DNA of 64,000 nucleotides from Macrostomum lignano (lineage: Eukaryota): assembly GCA_002269645.1 (NCBI GenBank), contig NIVC01000240.1:248001-312000 (forward strand), given 5' to 3'. The position numbers and the translations under genes were made by a program. Of the stretch, positions 1-10,957 are shown in pieces. The notes below the pieces were generated by a model, which saw only the letters and a list, made by a program, of their open reading frames with translations, did no database searches and was not told the DNA's origin. Numbering within the stretch: the stretch's first letter is position 1; each line of letters starts with the position of its first letter.

Positions 1-1202
1 CATCCAGATTCATTTCAAAAAATCAGCGCCATTGCGTCAACGAATTTGTTCAAACGCTTCTAATACATCTGGAATTTCTGTTATCAGATAGTTTCACAGA
101 ATTTTCACTCATTCAAACTTGTCGGGATTGCCAGCGCACAAGTTCTGAAGTTCCTGTTGGCACAATCAAAATAAACAGAGTGATTTGCATTCCTCTCTGT
201 CGGTTTGAGCGCTGAATTGTCAGTTTAGACAAAATATTCTGCGCTTTTGCCGCTCCTCAGGTATAGTGAAATGTTCGGATGCCAATTGCCTTGGCGATTG
301 TAATCAAGAGATCGCAGTAACACCTGGAAAGTTTACCCTGATTTATCTTGACCGTGCTAGTATGGATGGCATCCTAACTCTTCAAACTCCTGTAAGCTTT
401 TCCTCAAGGTAAGGGGTGTTTCTACACTTGGTAAGCCAGTGGCCACAATATCACACCATGGAAACCGACTGAAGTCGGGACATTTCACAGCAAGCGTACT
501 GAGCTGTGTGTGGACGAGAATTGACGACATGAAAGTTACGTCAGACTATAACCCCTTCGTACGTGAGCTTGAGTGCATCGTGCTCGTTGCACTTTTAAAC
601 TCGTAAAAGCATTTTTAGCGAAAATGCAATTGTTTTAAACGAGTGTACTGTACGTTTTGTATTGCAGATTTTAAGGGACATGCAGATTAAGAAAAAATGT
701 CATCTCACGCATTCTTTACGTACCATAGGTTACATGTGAAGATAATTCAGACTGTCATCAAATATCAAAAGCTTTGCATTAGTTCTTTCAATTTCTTTCA
801 GACTCACAATTAGCTAAAAATTCGCAGCATTTTTTACTGCAGCAAAGAACTTAAACCCAAAAACATTTTTTAGGACTAAGAAACTTTTGCAATTATGATT
901 TTACTGAGCTATGCGTAAGAGGCGTGACTTCATTTGCTTAAAAACGTTTGCTGCTTTGCATGACATGCTTTATTTTACCAATATACATGGCTTCGGTTTA
1001 TCGTCCAAAAATTCTGCTTACTAATAACCAAATTAATTTACCAATTAATTTTTTCAAAGTGAGTTTTAAGATCGGCGTTTTTAACATTGTTTCGATACGA
1101 GCAAATCATTTCTATTACTTAACAAACAATATACAATAGCTGAAATGAACTACACCCGCAAATGCGAGATTCGAATTGAATGGAGCTTCGTCACTTAAAG
1201 CT

Positions 1203-1792
1203 GGATGGGATGTCTCGGCGATTCTAGTCGACTGGGCCGACAAGTTATCGATTGCAGTCGGTTTGGTCCGGAGCTGAACTTCGGGCTCCATTCCAGAGCC
1301 TTAAGTTGACATGAGATCCCCATTTTATCCCCTTTATCCCCTGGGACCCCAAGGAAGGGAGCCGGATGGGATGTCTCGGCGATTCTAGTCGTCTGGGCCG
1401 ACAAGTTATCGATTGCAGTCGGTTTGGTCCGGAGCTGAACTTCGGGCTCCATTCCAGAGCCTTAAGTTGACATGAGATCCCCATTTTATCCCCTTTATCC
1501 CCTGGGACCCCAAGGAAGGGAGCCGGATGGGATGTCTCGGCGATTCTAGTCGTCTGGGCCGACAAGTTATCGATTGCAGTCGGTTTGGTCCGGAGCTGAA
1601 CTTCGGGCTCCATTCCAGAGCCTTAAGTTGACATGAGATCCCCATTTTATCCCCTTTATCCCCTGGGACCCCAAGGAAGGGAGCCGGATGGGATGTCTCG
1701 GCGATTCTAGTCGTCTGGGCCGACAAGTTATCGATTGCAGTCGGTTTGGTCCGGAGCTGAACTTCGGGCTCCATTCTGGTGCTTAAGTTGAC
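1203..1792. repeat. Tandem repeat, 161-bp unit, ~3.6 near-identical copies
   Basis: Unit GGATGGGATGTCTCGGCGATTCTAGTCG...GGAAGGGAGCC recurs; the ORF-track copies end at 1452, 1613 and 1774 (period 161). Confidence 0.95.
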
Positions 1793-2039
1793 ATCCCCTT
1801 TATTCGTGCAACAAACGAAGGATACACTAAACGAGAATGAAGGGTGAATGATGATTTATTAACATTAACAGTCAAACGGAATTTCTGTCTATGGTTTAAT
1901 TGTCGATAAAAATACGTTTATAATTATTGATCGATGCTAATTTCTTCTCACTTTTTTCAGTGTTTTGTCCTAATTTCGATTTTAAAACTTGCTGGATATT
2001 TGGGCCGCCAGTTAAAAATACATTCTGACCGAATAAATA

Positions 2040-3521
2040 ATGATACGCCAATCCAGCCCCAGTGCATATGGTAAGAGTTTGTCTCTAATTATTTCTATAC
2101 ATTTTTTTCCATTAAAAAATTTTAAAAGTAGATAATCAAGTACGAGTAACTAACTACGAGTATGAATAAAATCTCTTCGTCTATTTAGATGACGATATCC
2201 GGCCAATCTCAATCCAGCAACGTCGATCGAAACGGTCTTTAAATCAGTTGCGGCAGTCACTGAATTCGCTGCAACATTTGCAGCTGCAGCAACAGCTCCG
2301 TATACAGCAAAGCCAAGAAGTCGATAATAGTCTTCTACCGGATGATAATACTGAGTGCCTGCGCTTCTATAAGGGTTTAGCTAGCCGGGACAGGAAGCAG
2401 GCTGCCGTGACAACAACAATGCAGATCGTCTCGTGTGGATCATCACCGACCGAAGCTGCTGCTAGTCAACGCTCGCGTCGCAAACGATCGATTCGTCGAT
2501 TACAGCGACTTCGACCTCGTCTGCTGGGCAGCACTCGACGCAGATCAAGTTCGCCGCCTTTGACCACCGTTCACGAGGAGGCTGCTGATGCTAGGCACAA
2601 TAATCGATTAAGATCGAAAGCTTCTGGATATGAGCAGTCGCCAGGTGCCCCAATAAATTCGAACTCTGTGGAAAACATAGTAAAGACATCAACACTGGAC
2701 TCGAATTCAGATAGCTGTGACTCTCTTGCTCAACAGCCGGCACCGAAAAACAGCAAGATTGACACATCTGGACCCAATAAGATTCGCTATATTTTCACCA
2801 AGGGCCGCATGCAGGCGGTCGAGGTGATGAAGTGGCCAACTATGGTAAGATTTTTGTTTGCAGTTGGGTTAAACTGTTTCGACTGTCAATTGCCCCAGAC
2901 TTCAAGCATGAGAATTTAGATCAAGCCCAGCAGAAGGGGTTTTCCTGGTTCACTATATTTTGCATGTTGATTACGTCGTCATGACCGCTCTCTAATCTTT
3001 GGTCTTGGAATTGTTTTTAACGATTCCCTGCAGAAAAAATTCCCCAAAATGAATCGGTTTGTGCCCTATGCGAAGGTGCACGGATTAGTGAGGCTTAAAA
3101 TTGGCTATAGCCAAACGAAAGGGCTAGCTGTGAATATCCAGCAGCAGCTTACACTGCTGGCGAAATTTGTCAAGGTTAAAATCAGTTTCAATACTGCATG
3201 ATCATATTTGACCCCAGCCCGTTCGAGTGCTTGGCAATAGCCATACCTGGCTTTAATTCCTTCCAGGACCGCATCGCCCCGTCGGATCGGTACCGCCTAG
3301 CAGAGCCAATGAAGAGCGTCTACGGCCGCCGGTCAGTCTTTAGGCGTCTATTCAAGGCATTCGAAAAGTCCAAATGCTATATGGAGTCAATCGACCCGTC
3401 AGAAATTCGTGGCCCAATTCCGATTCTGCCCCGTCGCCTAGCGGAGAGCACAAGGAACCGCCTGCTGTTGTGGTACCAGCCGTTAGAAAGTCGCGGAGAA
3501 TTCCAAAGTTCCACTGCTTGA
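2040..3521 (+). CDS. Orphan 4-exon gene, ~360 aa, basic low-complexity N-half; product unknown, possibly transposon-borne
   Basis: Exons 2040-2070, 2189-2844, 3034-3174 and 3267-3521 join in frame through GT-AG introns (phases 1,0,0), total 1083 nt. No recognisable domain; less GC3-biased than the host genes in the window. Confidence 0.55.
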
Positions 3522-4134
3522 AAATGTGGATTTTGCTGATTTTCAAAAATGATGCAGTTATAACAAAAAGCAAACACCACGAGAAGCAGCTAAATTCTAC
3601 TACCATGTTTTTCTCAACACGCACCTTAATTTCTACAATTATATTGTAGCTTATATTTACATTAAAGTCCGTTTTTGCGTATAAACACGTTCTGAACGAC
3701 ACAAGTCTTGTATTATTACCCACTGGAGGCACTGTACTACGCCTCGAGCGCAAAATTCGGAAGCATAATAACTCGAAGCAGCATTGAAAGTGCCGACGCA
3801 CTGCAATTTGTTTATTTCCAGCGGGACTCTTCGAACTGCAATGCACACGGATTAAATCCAAGTATCTTTACTTAAAGCCTTGGTTTTTATTGCGCTTTCA
3901 ATTATTTGCTTTTTGTTTAATATTAGCAGTCTATGCCATTCAGTAGTATCAACCGTTCGACTACATGTATATTTAAAAAAGATCAGTTTTAAGGGGAATA
4001 TTATAGCTGTTTTATAAGGCTAGCTAAGTTTAAGCTTAAGATCCAACTGAGGCATAAACTTTCGGAGTGATATGTGTTTTTTTTAAAGAAAAAAGTGAAC
4101 CTTGGGAACCAAATTATGTGCGACCTAAAGTAAG

Positions 4135-4475
4135 ATTGTACCATGACCTTTGTGCCCGCTGGGCACTTATTCTTGCCTTTTAATGCCATAGACTACATTT
4201 AAGCCCGCTTGCAGGACTTAAAAGCTTTCAACTTACTTTAATGCAAATTAGCGGGCAGTTAATAGTACATTAATACCCATGCTTTAAGGGCGTTAATGAG
4301 AAATCCTCATTAACGATTTGCGATTTGCGATTTGCGATTTTCCCATTAACGCCCTTAAAGCATGGGTATTACTATCATTGTGCCATAGACATTTGTGTCC
4401 TTGACAAAGTGGGACAAAATTAGCGGGCAGTTAGTATACATTCTCCTCCTTTTCCCAGAATATCATCCGAGGACT
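4135..4475. repeat. Left arm of shuffled inverted-repeat modules around the Crypton remnant
   Basis: 4135-4187 is the reverse complement of 5482-5534; 4370-4416 of 5557-5603; ACTTACTTTAATGCAAATTAGCGGGCAGTTAAT of 5407-5439. Contains a self-palindrome at 4271-4371. Confidence 0.8.
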
Positions 4476-4515
4476 TTCTTTTCCATAGACATATTTGGAA
4501 AAAGGAGGAGAAAAT

Positions 4516-5341
4516 ATTTAACCTACTGAAAGCAAAATACGCATCAATATCCAGTACAGTTAGTCTATGGCACAAGCTATGTGACTGACTGGCTAAAGTG
4601 TTATAAATCGTCTACCTAGATGGAGCACTGAGCAGTCCATCCATTTGCATATATAATAGAACCATGGAAGACGACTTTGATCTAGTGCTACGATATTTTG
4701 AAAGTAAAGAATCCGCTGCAACGAATCCTGCTGCTGGTAGTGATCGATTCGCTACGCTCTCGACTGACGAAATACAAAGGAAGCTGGACGCTGCTATCCC
4801 ACCAAATACGCGAAGGAAGGAACTATGGGCTGTAAGAATTTTTGACCAGTGGTTTGAGCAGCGCTCGTGTTACAGGACACTCTTCGACAGCTATTGAGCG
4901 CTATATTCAGTTTGACGTACAAGACCATGTTAAAGTATCGCATGCTCTTCAATCTGGTGGTCAGTCATCAAGTCTGTCTATTGACACCGAGCCTGAACGC
5001 TCTGTTGAAGCTATGGAACAAAGTAACGTAGTGACTGCTAATCCTGCAAAGAAAATGAGGCTTAACATCAATGGTAACACTAACACCGTTGAAATCGTTT
5101 TTGAGTGAGTGCTTACAAGACGCTTCTAAATCTTACTATTTGAACTTCCTGTTGTTGGTTTACATTTGTTAAATACAACTGTTTATAGCAGGACTGAGAA
5201 CTATTTCTCAGGCCTCGTTTGGGGACTGAGAAATGGTTCTCAGTCCTCCTACAACCGATAAATTACCATAGAAGTTGTTGTTCCTCGGGAAAAGGATGAG
5301 ACTGCGAAAGAGGCGAGAAATGCACTTTCTGTAGGTTAAAT
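4516..5341 (+). mobile_element. Non-autonomous, internally deleted Crypton-like (tyrosine recombinase) element
   Basis: Short imperfect inverted ends ATTTAACCTACTGAAAG / CTTTCTGTAGGTTAAAT, a subterminal hairpin GGACTGAGAAC...GTTCTCAGTCC at ~5190-5247, and recombinase remnants inside. True ends may extend into the flanking modules. Confidence 0.72.
4664..5108 (+). pseudogene. Crypton/DUF3504-type tyrosine recombinase remnant: N- and C-termini joined out of frame
   Basis: Frame 1 gives RFATLSTDEIQRKLDAAIPPNTRRKELWAVRIFDQW (Crypton N-terminal pattern RF...P.NT...WAV..F..W). Frame 2 from ~4863 gives RVTGHSSTAIERY...VSHAL (TGH.S....Y catalytic His/Tyr box). The catalytic core between them is missing. 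Confidence 0.8.
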
Positions 5342-5603
5342 GATATTAACTGCCCGCTAATTTGCATTAGAGTAAGTTTGAAATAGACGATCGGGCGTTA
5401 AATTTCATTAACTGCCCGCTAATTTGCATTAAAGTAAGTGTGACTCCTGCAAGCGGGCTTAAATGTAGTTTAAAAGGCAAAGGCATTAAAAGGCAAGAAT
5501 AAGTGCCCAGCGGGCACAAAGGTCATGGTACAATGAGATTTAACGCCCAATTATTCTGTCCCACTTTGTCAAGGACACAAATGTCTATGACACAATAATA
5601 GTA
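5342..5603. repeat. Right arm of the shuffled inverted modules; continues at 7175-7205 after the IS630-like insertion
   Basis: Reverse complements of the 4135-4416 modules in a different order. Removing 5604-7172 and one TA restores GTCTATGACACAATAATAGTAATACCGATGCTTTAAGG, the inverse of 4343-4390. Confidence 0.8.
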
Positions 5604-7172
5604 TTGGTTTTTGCGAGCTATCTCAGCCAAGGAGCAAGCAAACTCATCCATCCCATAGATTTCAATACGACGAAGGAGGTGGTTTGAACCATAGACTATC
5701 ACGTTTTTTCAACCAAACTCATCCAACGGCGAGCAATCTCAGCCATTGCTTGTCTGCCCATTCATTTCCTCTTCCCTTCTTTCTTTCCTCCTCCTCCGAC
5801 AAACATCCAACTCCGACAGAGAGAAGCTAATCAACGCATGGAATGACGGACAAAATTTGAGCACTGCTTCACGCATTCTCGGGATAAAGCTGAAGACGTC
5901 CAGACATATAATCCGGACTTACGTAGCTACTGGAAGAATTGCTGCTCTCCAACGTGGCGGAATAAGGGAGGAATCAAGCAAGATTGACGCAGAAATGCGC
6001 CAAGAGTTGACTCGCATTGTGGATGCCAATCCGTTTGCAACACTCGAGACCATGTGTCAGCAGCTGCACGAAAGACTGTCAAACAAACCCGTGGTGTCGA
6101 CCACGACTGTGCACAGAGCACTGCAGGGCTCTCTGTACACATTCAAAATTGCGACTAAGGACGCGGACATTCGCCTGCAAGCCAACTCGGATGAAGTGCT
6201 TGCCCGACGACGCGACTATGCCCAGATGATGACGACGCTGCCACACGATGCCGTGGTGGTGTACATCGATGAGACTGGATATAACTTGTGGAGCCGAAGG
6301 TCACAAGGCCGAGCAATCAGAGGTCAGCCTGTGCGTCGCATCTGTACCACTCAGAGAGGACCGAATTTGACCATTTGCCTTGCCGTCTCCTCTGCGCTGG
6401 GTTTGGTCAAGAGTGAGATCTTCCGAGGAGGCCAAACGCGGCCGCGGTTTCAACAGTTTGTAAACGAGCTAGCGGAGCAAGTCCAAGGCCAGGTTAACAA
6501 TGCGAGAATTGTAATTGTCTGTGACGGGCCGACCTTCCACCGTGGAGTCATCGTGCCACAGAATCATCAGCCGAGGATTTCACTGCAGCTGCTTCCTGCC
6601 TATTCGCCGTTCCTAAACCCATGCGAAATGGCGCATAGCGCGGTGAAGGCTGACATCAGACGGCAGCTGGTCAATCCTGCCCTGGTGGAAGAGGAAGCTG
6701 GTGGAATTCCGGATGGAATGAACCGTACCGAGTGGCGCTGTATTCTGTTGGAGCGACTTGGCCGCATTGCCTTGGACACGGTGACACCACTGAAGGTGGC
6801 TCGCTGGGAAATTCATTGCGGCAGAAATTATGCTCAGTGCATCCAGCAGCAGCCCTTTGTCTAATGAGACTAGCTGACAAATTGACACCGTGCATCAGAT
6901 GCAACCAGTGCTTATTTAGTGAGTCATTTGTTTGTTCCGTTAGTCAATTTTCTGTGTTCTGATGTGCTGCTCTATCATAAAGTCTCTTATATACGAACCA
7001 ATTAAATTTTTCGCTTAATAAACAAGCAATGGCTGAGATTGCTCGCCCGTTGGATGAGTTTGGTTGAAAAAACGTGATAGTCTATGGTTCAAACCACCTC
7101 CTTCGTCGTATTGAAATCTATGGGATGGATGAGTTTGCTTGCTCCTTGGCTGAGATAGCTCGCAAAAACCAA
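5604..7172 (+). mobile_element. IS630/Tc1/mariner-superfamily DNA transposon with ~150-bp TIRs and TA target duplication
   Basis: TIRs TTGGTTTTTGCGAGCTATCTCAGCC... at 5604-5753 and 7022-7172 are near identical; TA at 5602-5603 and 7173-7174; one transposase ORF inside. Confidence 0.93.
5746..6864 (+). CDS. IS630-like DDE transposase (DD33E); open frame but no ATG upstream of the HTH
   Basis: HTH region DREKLINAW...ASRILGIKLKTSRHII; catalytic motifs YIDETG, VCDGPTFH and LPAYSPFLNPCE, with 33 residues between the second D and the E. The ORF-track start is TTG. Confidence 0.9.
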   Translation: MLVCPFISSSLLSFLLLRQTSNSDREKLINAWNDGQNLSTASRILGIKLKTSRHIIRTYVATGRIAALQRGGIREESSKIDAEMRQELTRIVDANPFATLETMCQQLHERLSNKPVVSTTTVHRALQGSLYTFKIATKDADIRLQANSDEVLARRRDYAQMMTTLPHDAVVVYIDETGYNLWSRRSQGRAIRGQPVRRICTTQRGPNLTICLAVSSALGLVKSEIFRGGQTRPRFQQFVNELAEQVQGQVNNARIVIVCDGPTFHRGVIVPQNHQPRISLQLLPAYSPFLNPCEMAHSAVKADIRRQLVNPALVEEEAGGIPDGMNRTEWRCILLERLGRIALDTVTPLKVARWEIHCGRNYAQCIQQQPFV

Positions 7173-7979
7173 TAATACCGATGCTTTAAGGTAGTTAATG
7201 TACTTACTATTGGGTACTTTTATACAGAGAAGCATTCTATGGCTGAAACCCTCAACTTCGATTCTAACTTTAAGACGCACCGAGAGCTGTCCCAAGTCGA
7301 GTGACATCGAGTATAGATGATAAAGAAACTTAGATGATAAAAATTAAATTAATAAAAATAATAAAAATTAATAAAAATTAAACTATAGATGATAAAAAAC
7401 GCGTACTCAGATAAGAAACTGATATTCATAATGTAGCTACTGACTACTACGAGCCTATAGATGACCATGGACACATTATCTAGACACTCACAAGGCTTAC
7501 TGGACAGAAAGTTTCTTCACCAGCTTTCGCCCAGCTCTTCCCGTAGAGCATAAGCTCGATCTTAGCTAGGATGGAAGTTAGAAATCAGTCATAAATGTTT
7601 ATAGAGCACAGTTATGACTGTCCTTTTTTCGAGCTTAAGTTGGACTTAAAAGTCAGTCTTAGGACAAAGTTGATGAAACAACCCCCTGAATTCTAAACTA
7701 AGTAAATAGTGTTTGGTTTAGCATTATGGATTTGCTATCCAAATTAAATCTGCAGGATCGCTGTGAGCTTCTACGAGTATATGCTAGTCAAAAATAGAGG
7801 TTCGAACTCAAGGGCCGGTTTCAAAGCTCTTAATTTTCGTCAGCTGAACTTTTACTGTTGAGTCAGGACCTCAGCTGTGGGGACACAGGTGTTCGAAGAG
7901 TTGCATACATTAAAAGAGATTTCTTGCAGCCTCAATAGGCGATCTTTTATAACCGTTAAATGTGACATTCTGAGATGAT

Positions 7980-8600
7980 GCTAAGCATGTACACACTTGG
8001 TTTCGATCGTCATTCCGTTGGCAGTTGGTTCGCATCGGTCTTTGGGTGCTGCCGATGATTGTCGAGCCGCATATATATACAGTGCAGGGTGGCAGTTGTG
8101 CCAATCGCACTGATCCCTGAGCACACAAGACCAACAACGCGTACTCAGGTAAACACTCAAATGGATCATCCCGGGCCACGCTGGTTTCCTCAGCAACGAG
8201 TGCGCTGACCTGCTGGTCAGGGCTGGCTGCTGAGGCAAGGCCTAGGGGCACTGGGCTCACTTTGAAAATCTCCTCAAGTGGCACGAGACTTGGAATTGCA
8301 GGCAATGCCGTGCTGCCGTCCCTGGCCTGGCCTGACCTCCTTAGGCTCAACAGCAGGAATCTTAGAGCCAGGTACCTGAGGCGCGGTGCCCCTTCTGTCG
8401 CTCAGGCAGTGAAAGCACTGAGCACTTTATCTTCCACGGCCCAGCTTTCACAAGAGCCAGGCTCTCTCATTTATTTTCAGGCCAGAGAGCATACCGCTGC
8501 TCGCCCGGTACCTCGGGGACGCGGGACGAGCTGAGCTCTTCCCCACCGCTGGAGAGGAGGACCGCAGGCAAAACCGACGGGTCCCCCTGAGCGACACCAC
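7980..8600 (-). pseudogene. Possible heavily degraded non-LTR retrotransposon remnant
   Basis: Minus strand gives GVAQGDPS (8578-8598, like RT GVRQGDPLS), LRYLALRF (8366-8380 region, like the YLG motif) and C...ETKCVH (like a CCHC knuckle). Broken by stops and frameshifts; no YADD. Confidence 0.35.
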
Positions 8601-8834
8601 TTCAACGGAAGTCATTGGTCGCCAGCCAGGGGCTAGCGGAATGGACGGTCTCCTACGCCTCCTCGCTGCATCCGCCCGTCGATGCCCCCTACATACAGCT
8701 AAGCCAAGTTAGTTAAACACTCGCATGATTTGAAATGATCCTGACTTCTCAATTTCTTGTCATTGTACAACTTTGAGCTTAAGAGTTGGTTTTCATTGGC
8801 GTAACCGCAAGGAAATTTTCGTATACGATTGCTA

Positions 8835-8905
8835 TCGGAATCGAGCCCGAGGTCATTGGCTCGAGAGTCAGACGTGTTATCGGCCGCTATTCATCCAATT
8901 ATTGG
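8835..8905 (-). mobile_element. Degenerate tRNA-derived SINE head
   Basis: Minus strand TGGATGAATAGCGG...GGGCTCGATTCC resembles A and B boxes with tRNA-like spacing; no acceptor stem. Confidence 0.3.
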
Positions 8906-9154
8906 TCTGAATAAAATTAAGCAGCAACGAATACCTTCTTACCTTGCTTTTGAACGAAAGCACAATCCGTCATCATAAAGTTAGAATGACATTGAATATT
9001 TTTCGTTAGAAATCTCCATCTAGTTTGACCGGCAAGACTGCATGCAATCATGGAATTTTGGTAGGGTGGATAAATTGAATCTAGCTCGTAAAACATCAGC
9101 TAGCGTTCCATGCTTTGCTGTAGATGAAGAACTATGCCGTACGACAGTTATTAA

Positions 9155-10227
9155 CAGTAGGAATACCAAGCCATTTTTCCGCCCGTCGAACTACCAAGAG
9201 GGGGGGAAAAATTCCCCCCCCCCTGACAATTTTTTTTGCTGCGCCGGAACGGAGCAACGCAGGCACACAAAATTCAAGAACACGGGCTAACTTTTTGTTG
9301 CGCACCTTCTCAAACAAGAATCAAGTTGCCAACCCTCCGGACCGTCGAGATATTCGACGATTCTGCCAGAAGGTCAGATTTTTCCCATAAGCGCTAGTGT
9401 ATTCAGTACACCCCTGTGCGCCAATTAGCACTGCGCCTCAGTGCAGCCTTGCCAAGTCTCCAAATTTCAAACTCCTATCGAGGCTTGATCGGCGAAACTA
9501 GAGAAATTCTTATCAGGCTGTCCATAGTCACCTGGTGTAATCTGTTGAAGGAGCCGACGGCGTCGGGATGATGATGGAATGCTTGAGAGACTAGCTGACA
9601 ATGTCCGTCGGTTGAGGTTTGCCCATTATTGAAGCTTGATAAGAAAGACCTGACATATTTGCAAAAGGACGTCCATAGTCACCTGATGCCACCTGTTGAA
9701 GGTGCCGTCGGTGTCGGGATGATGAAGGAATGCTCAGGAGACTAGCTGAGGGTGTCTGGCAGTTGAGGCTTGCCTACTGTCGAGGCTTGATCGGCGAAAC
9801 TAGAGAAATTCGCATCAAGGTGTTCATAGTCACCTGGTGCCACCTGTTGAAGGTCTAGAAGCTCCGTCTCGGTGAAGGCCAGTAACCAACGAAGTCAGAG
9901 CTGATGCAGACACAGTTGGTCGACGTGCTGATGAAATTTGGAGACTTGGCAAGGCTGCACTGAGGCGCAGTGCTAATTGGCGCACAGGGGTGTACTGAAT
10001 ACACTAGCGCTTATGGGAAAAATCTGACCTTCTGGCAGAATCGTCGAATATCTCGACGGTCCGGAGGGTTGGCAACTTGATTCTTGTTTGAGAAGGTGCG
10101 CAACAAAAAGTTAGCCCGTGTTCTTGAATTTTGTGTGCCTGCGTTGCTCCGTTCCGGCGCAGCAAAAAAAATTGTCAGGGGGGGGGAATTTTGAAATTTT
10201 TCCCCCCCCCTCTTGGTAGTTCTACTG
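9155..10227. mobile_element. Non-autonomous foldback DNA element, TTAA target duplication, ~280-bp inverted arms, internal ~150-bp tandem units
   Basis: TTAA at 9151-9154 and 10228-10231; termini CAGTAGGAATACCAAG / CTTGGTAGTTCTACTG; arms 9188-9468 and 9933-10222 are near-perfect inverses; diverged direct repeats start near 9477, 9627 and 9778. Confidence 0.82.
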
Positions 10228-10677
10228 TTAAGTGGAATCAAAGCTAACGACAAACCGCTGGGAGATCAAGAAACCAGCAAAATGGGAATACTTTGAGATT
10301 AGTGCAACTGCGCATACAGCAGTTAGTCGGTGTTTTGTGAGTTCATTCCGCATAAAAAAAGCAAGAGACCCAAGAGCCAAAGAAGCTGGTGCTGCCTCAC
10401 CTTGAAGTTTTTTGCGATGTTCCAATGCTGCACAATTCATTTCAATGACAGCAGGAATACCTAAAACAATTTGAAGACCGGCCCACAATTGCGCGTCATG
10501 TCAAGAAGAAAAGTCAAGTATGGAAATAAATTTGGCTTACATTTTTTATTTGTGCTTTTTTCTGTCTTGCTCGCTTAACCAGCTTTTTGGATTTGGATTT
10601 GGATCCACCCTAATCATCGGGATGAATTGACTGTGTAACGAGTGCGATATATTTACTTATCGAAGGTGGCTAGGACT

Positions 10678-10957
10678 CAGGGGCGGGGCAAGGGGGGCAA
10701 GGGGGGCCGTGGCCCCCCCCCCAATCAACCAACTCTGGCCTTGGCGCCCCCCCCTAAAAGAAACTGGCGCCCCCCCCCCCTATAAGAAACTGGCGCCCCC
10801 CCTATAAGAAACTGGCGCCCCCCCCTAAAAGAAACTGGCGCCCCCCCCCCTAAAAGAAACTGGCGCCCCCCCTAAAAGAAACTGGCGCCCCCCTATAAGA
10901 AGCTGGCGCCCCCTAACTCACGGCCCCCCCCAATCGAAATTCCTGGCTACGCCCCTG
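10678..10957. mobile_element. hAT-like MITE with internal ~24-bp tandem repeats
   Basis: Ends CAGGGGCGGGGC / GGCTACGCCCCTG; GGCTAGG on both sides as an imperfect TSD; about 7 copies of TAAAAGAAACTGGCGCCCCCC inside. Confidence 0.7.

Noticed and set aside
1-500. Degraded transposase-like coding sequence on the minus strand (e.g. LCAGNPDKF, ITEIPDVLEAFEQIR)
   Set aside because: Multiple stops in every frame and no diagnostic catalytic motif; cannot be assigned without a search.
5815-5825. Spliced-leader ATG rescuing the IS630-like transposase
   Set aside because: The best acceptor (CAG at 5817-5819) would put a leader ATG out of frame; the in-frame AG (5822-5823) is a weak GAG site.
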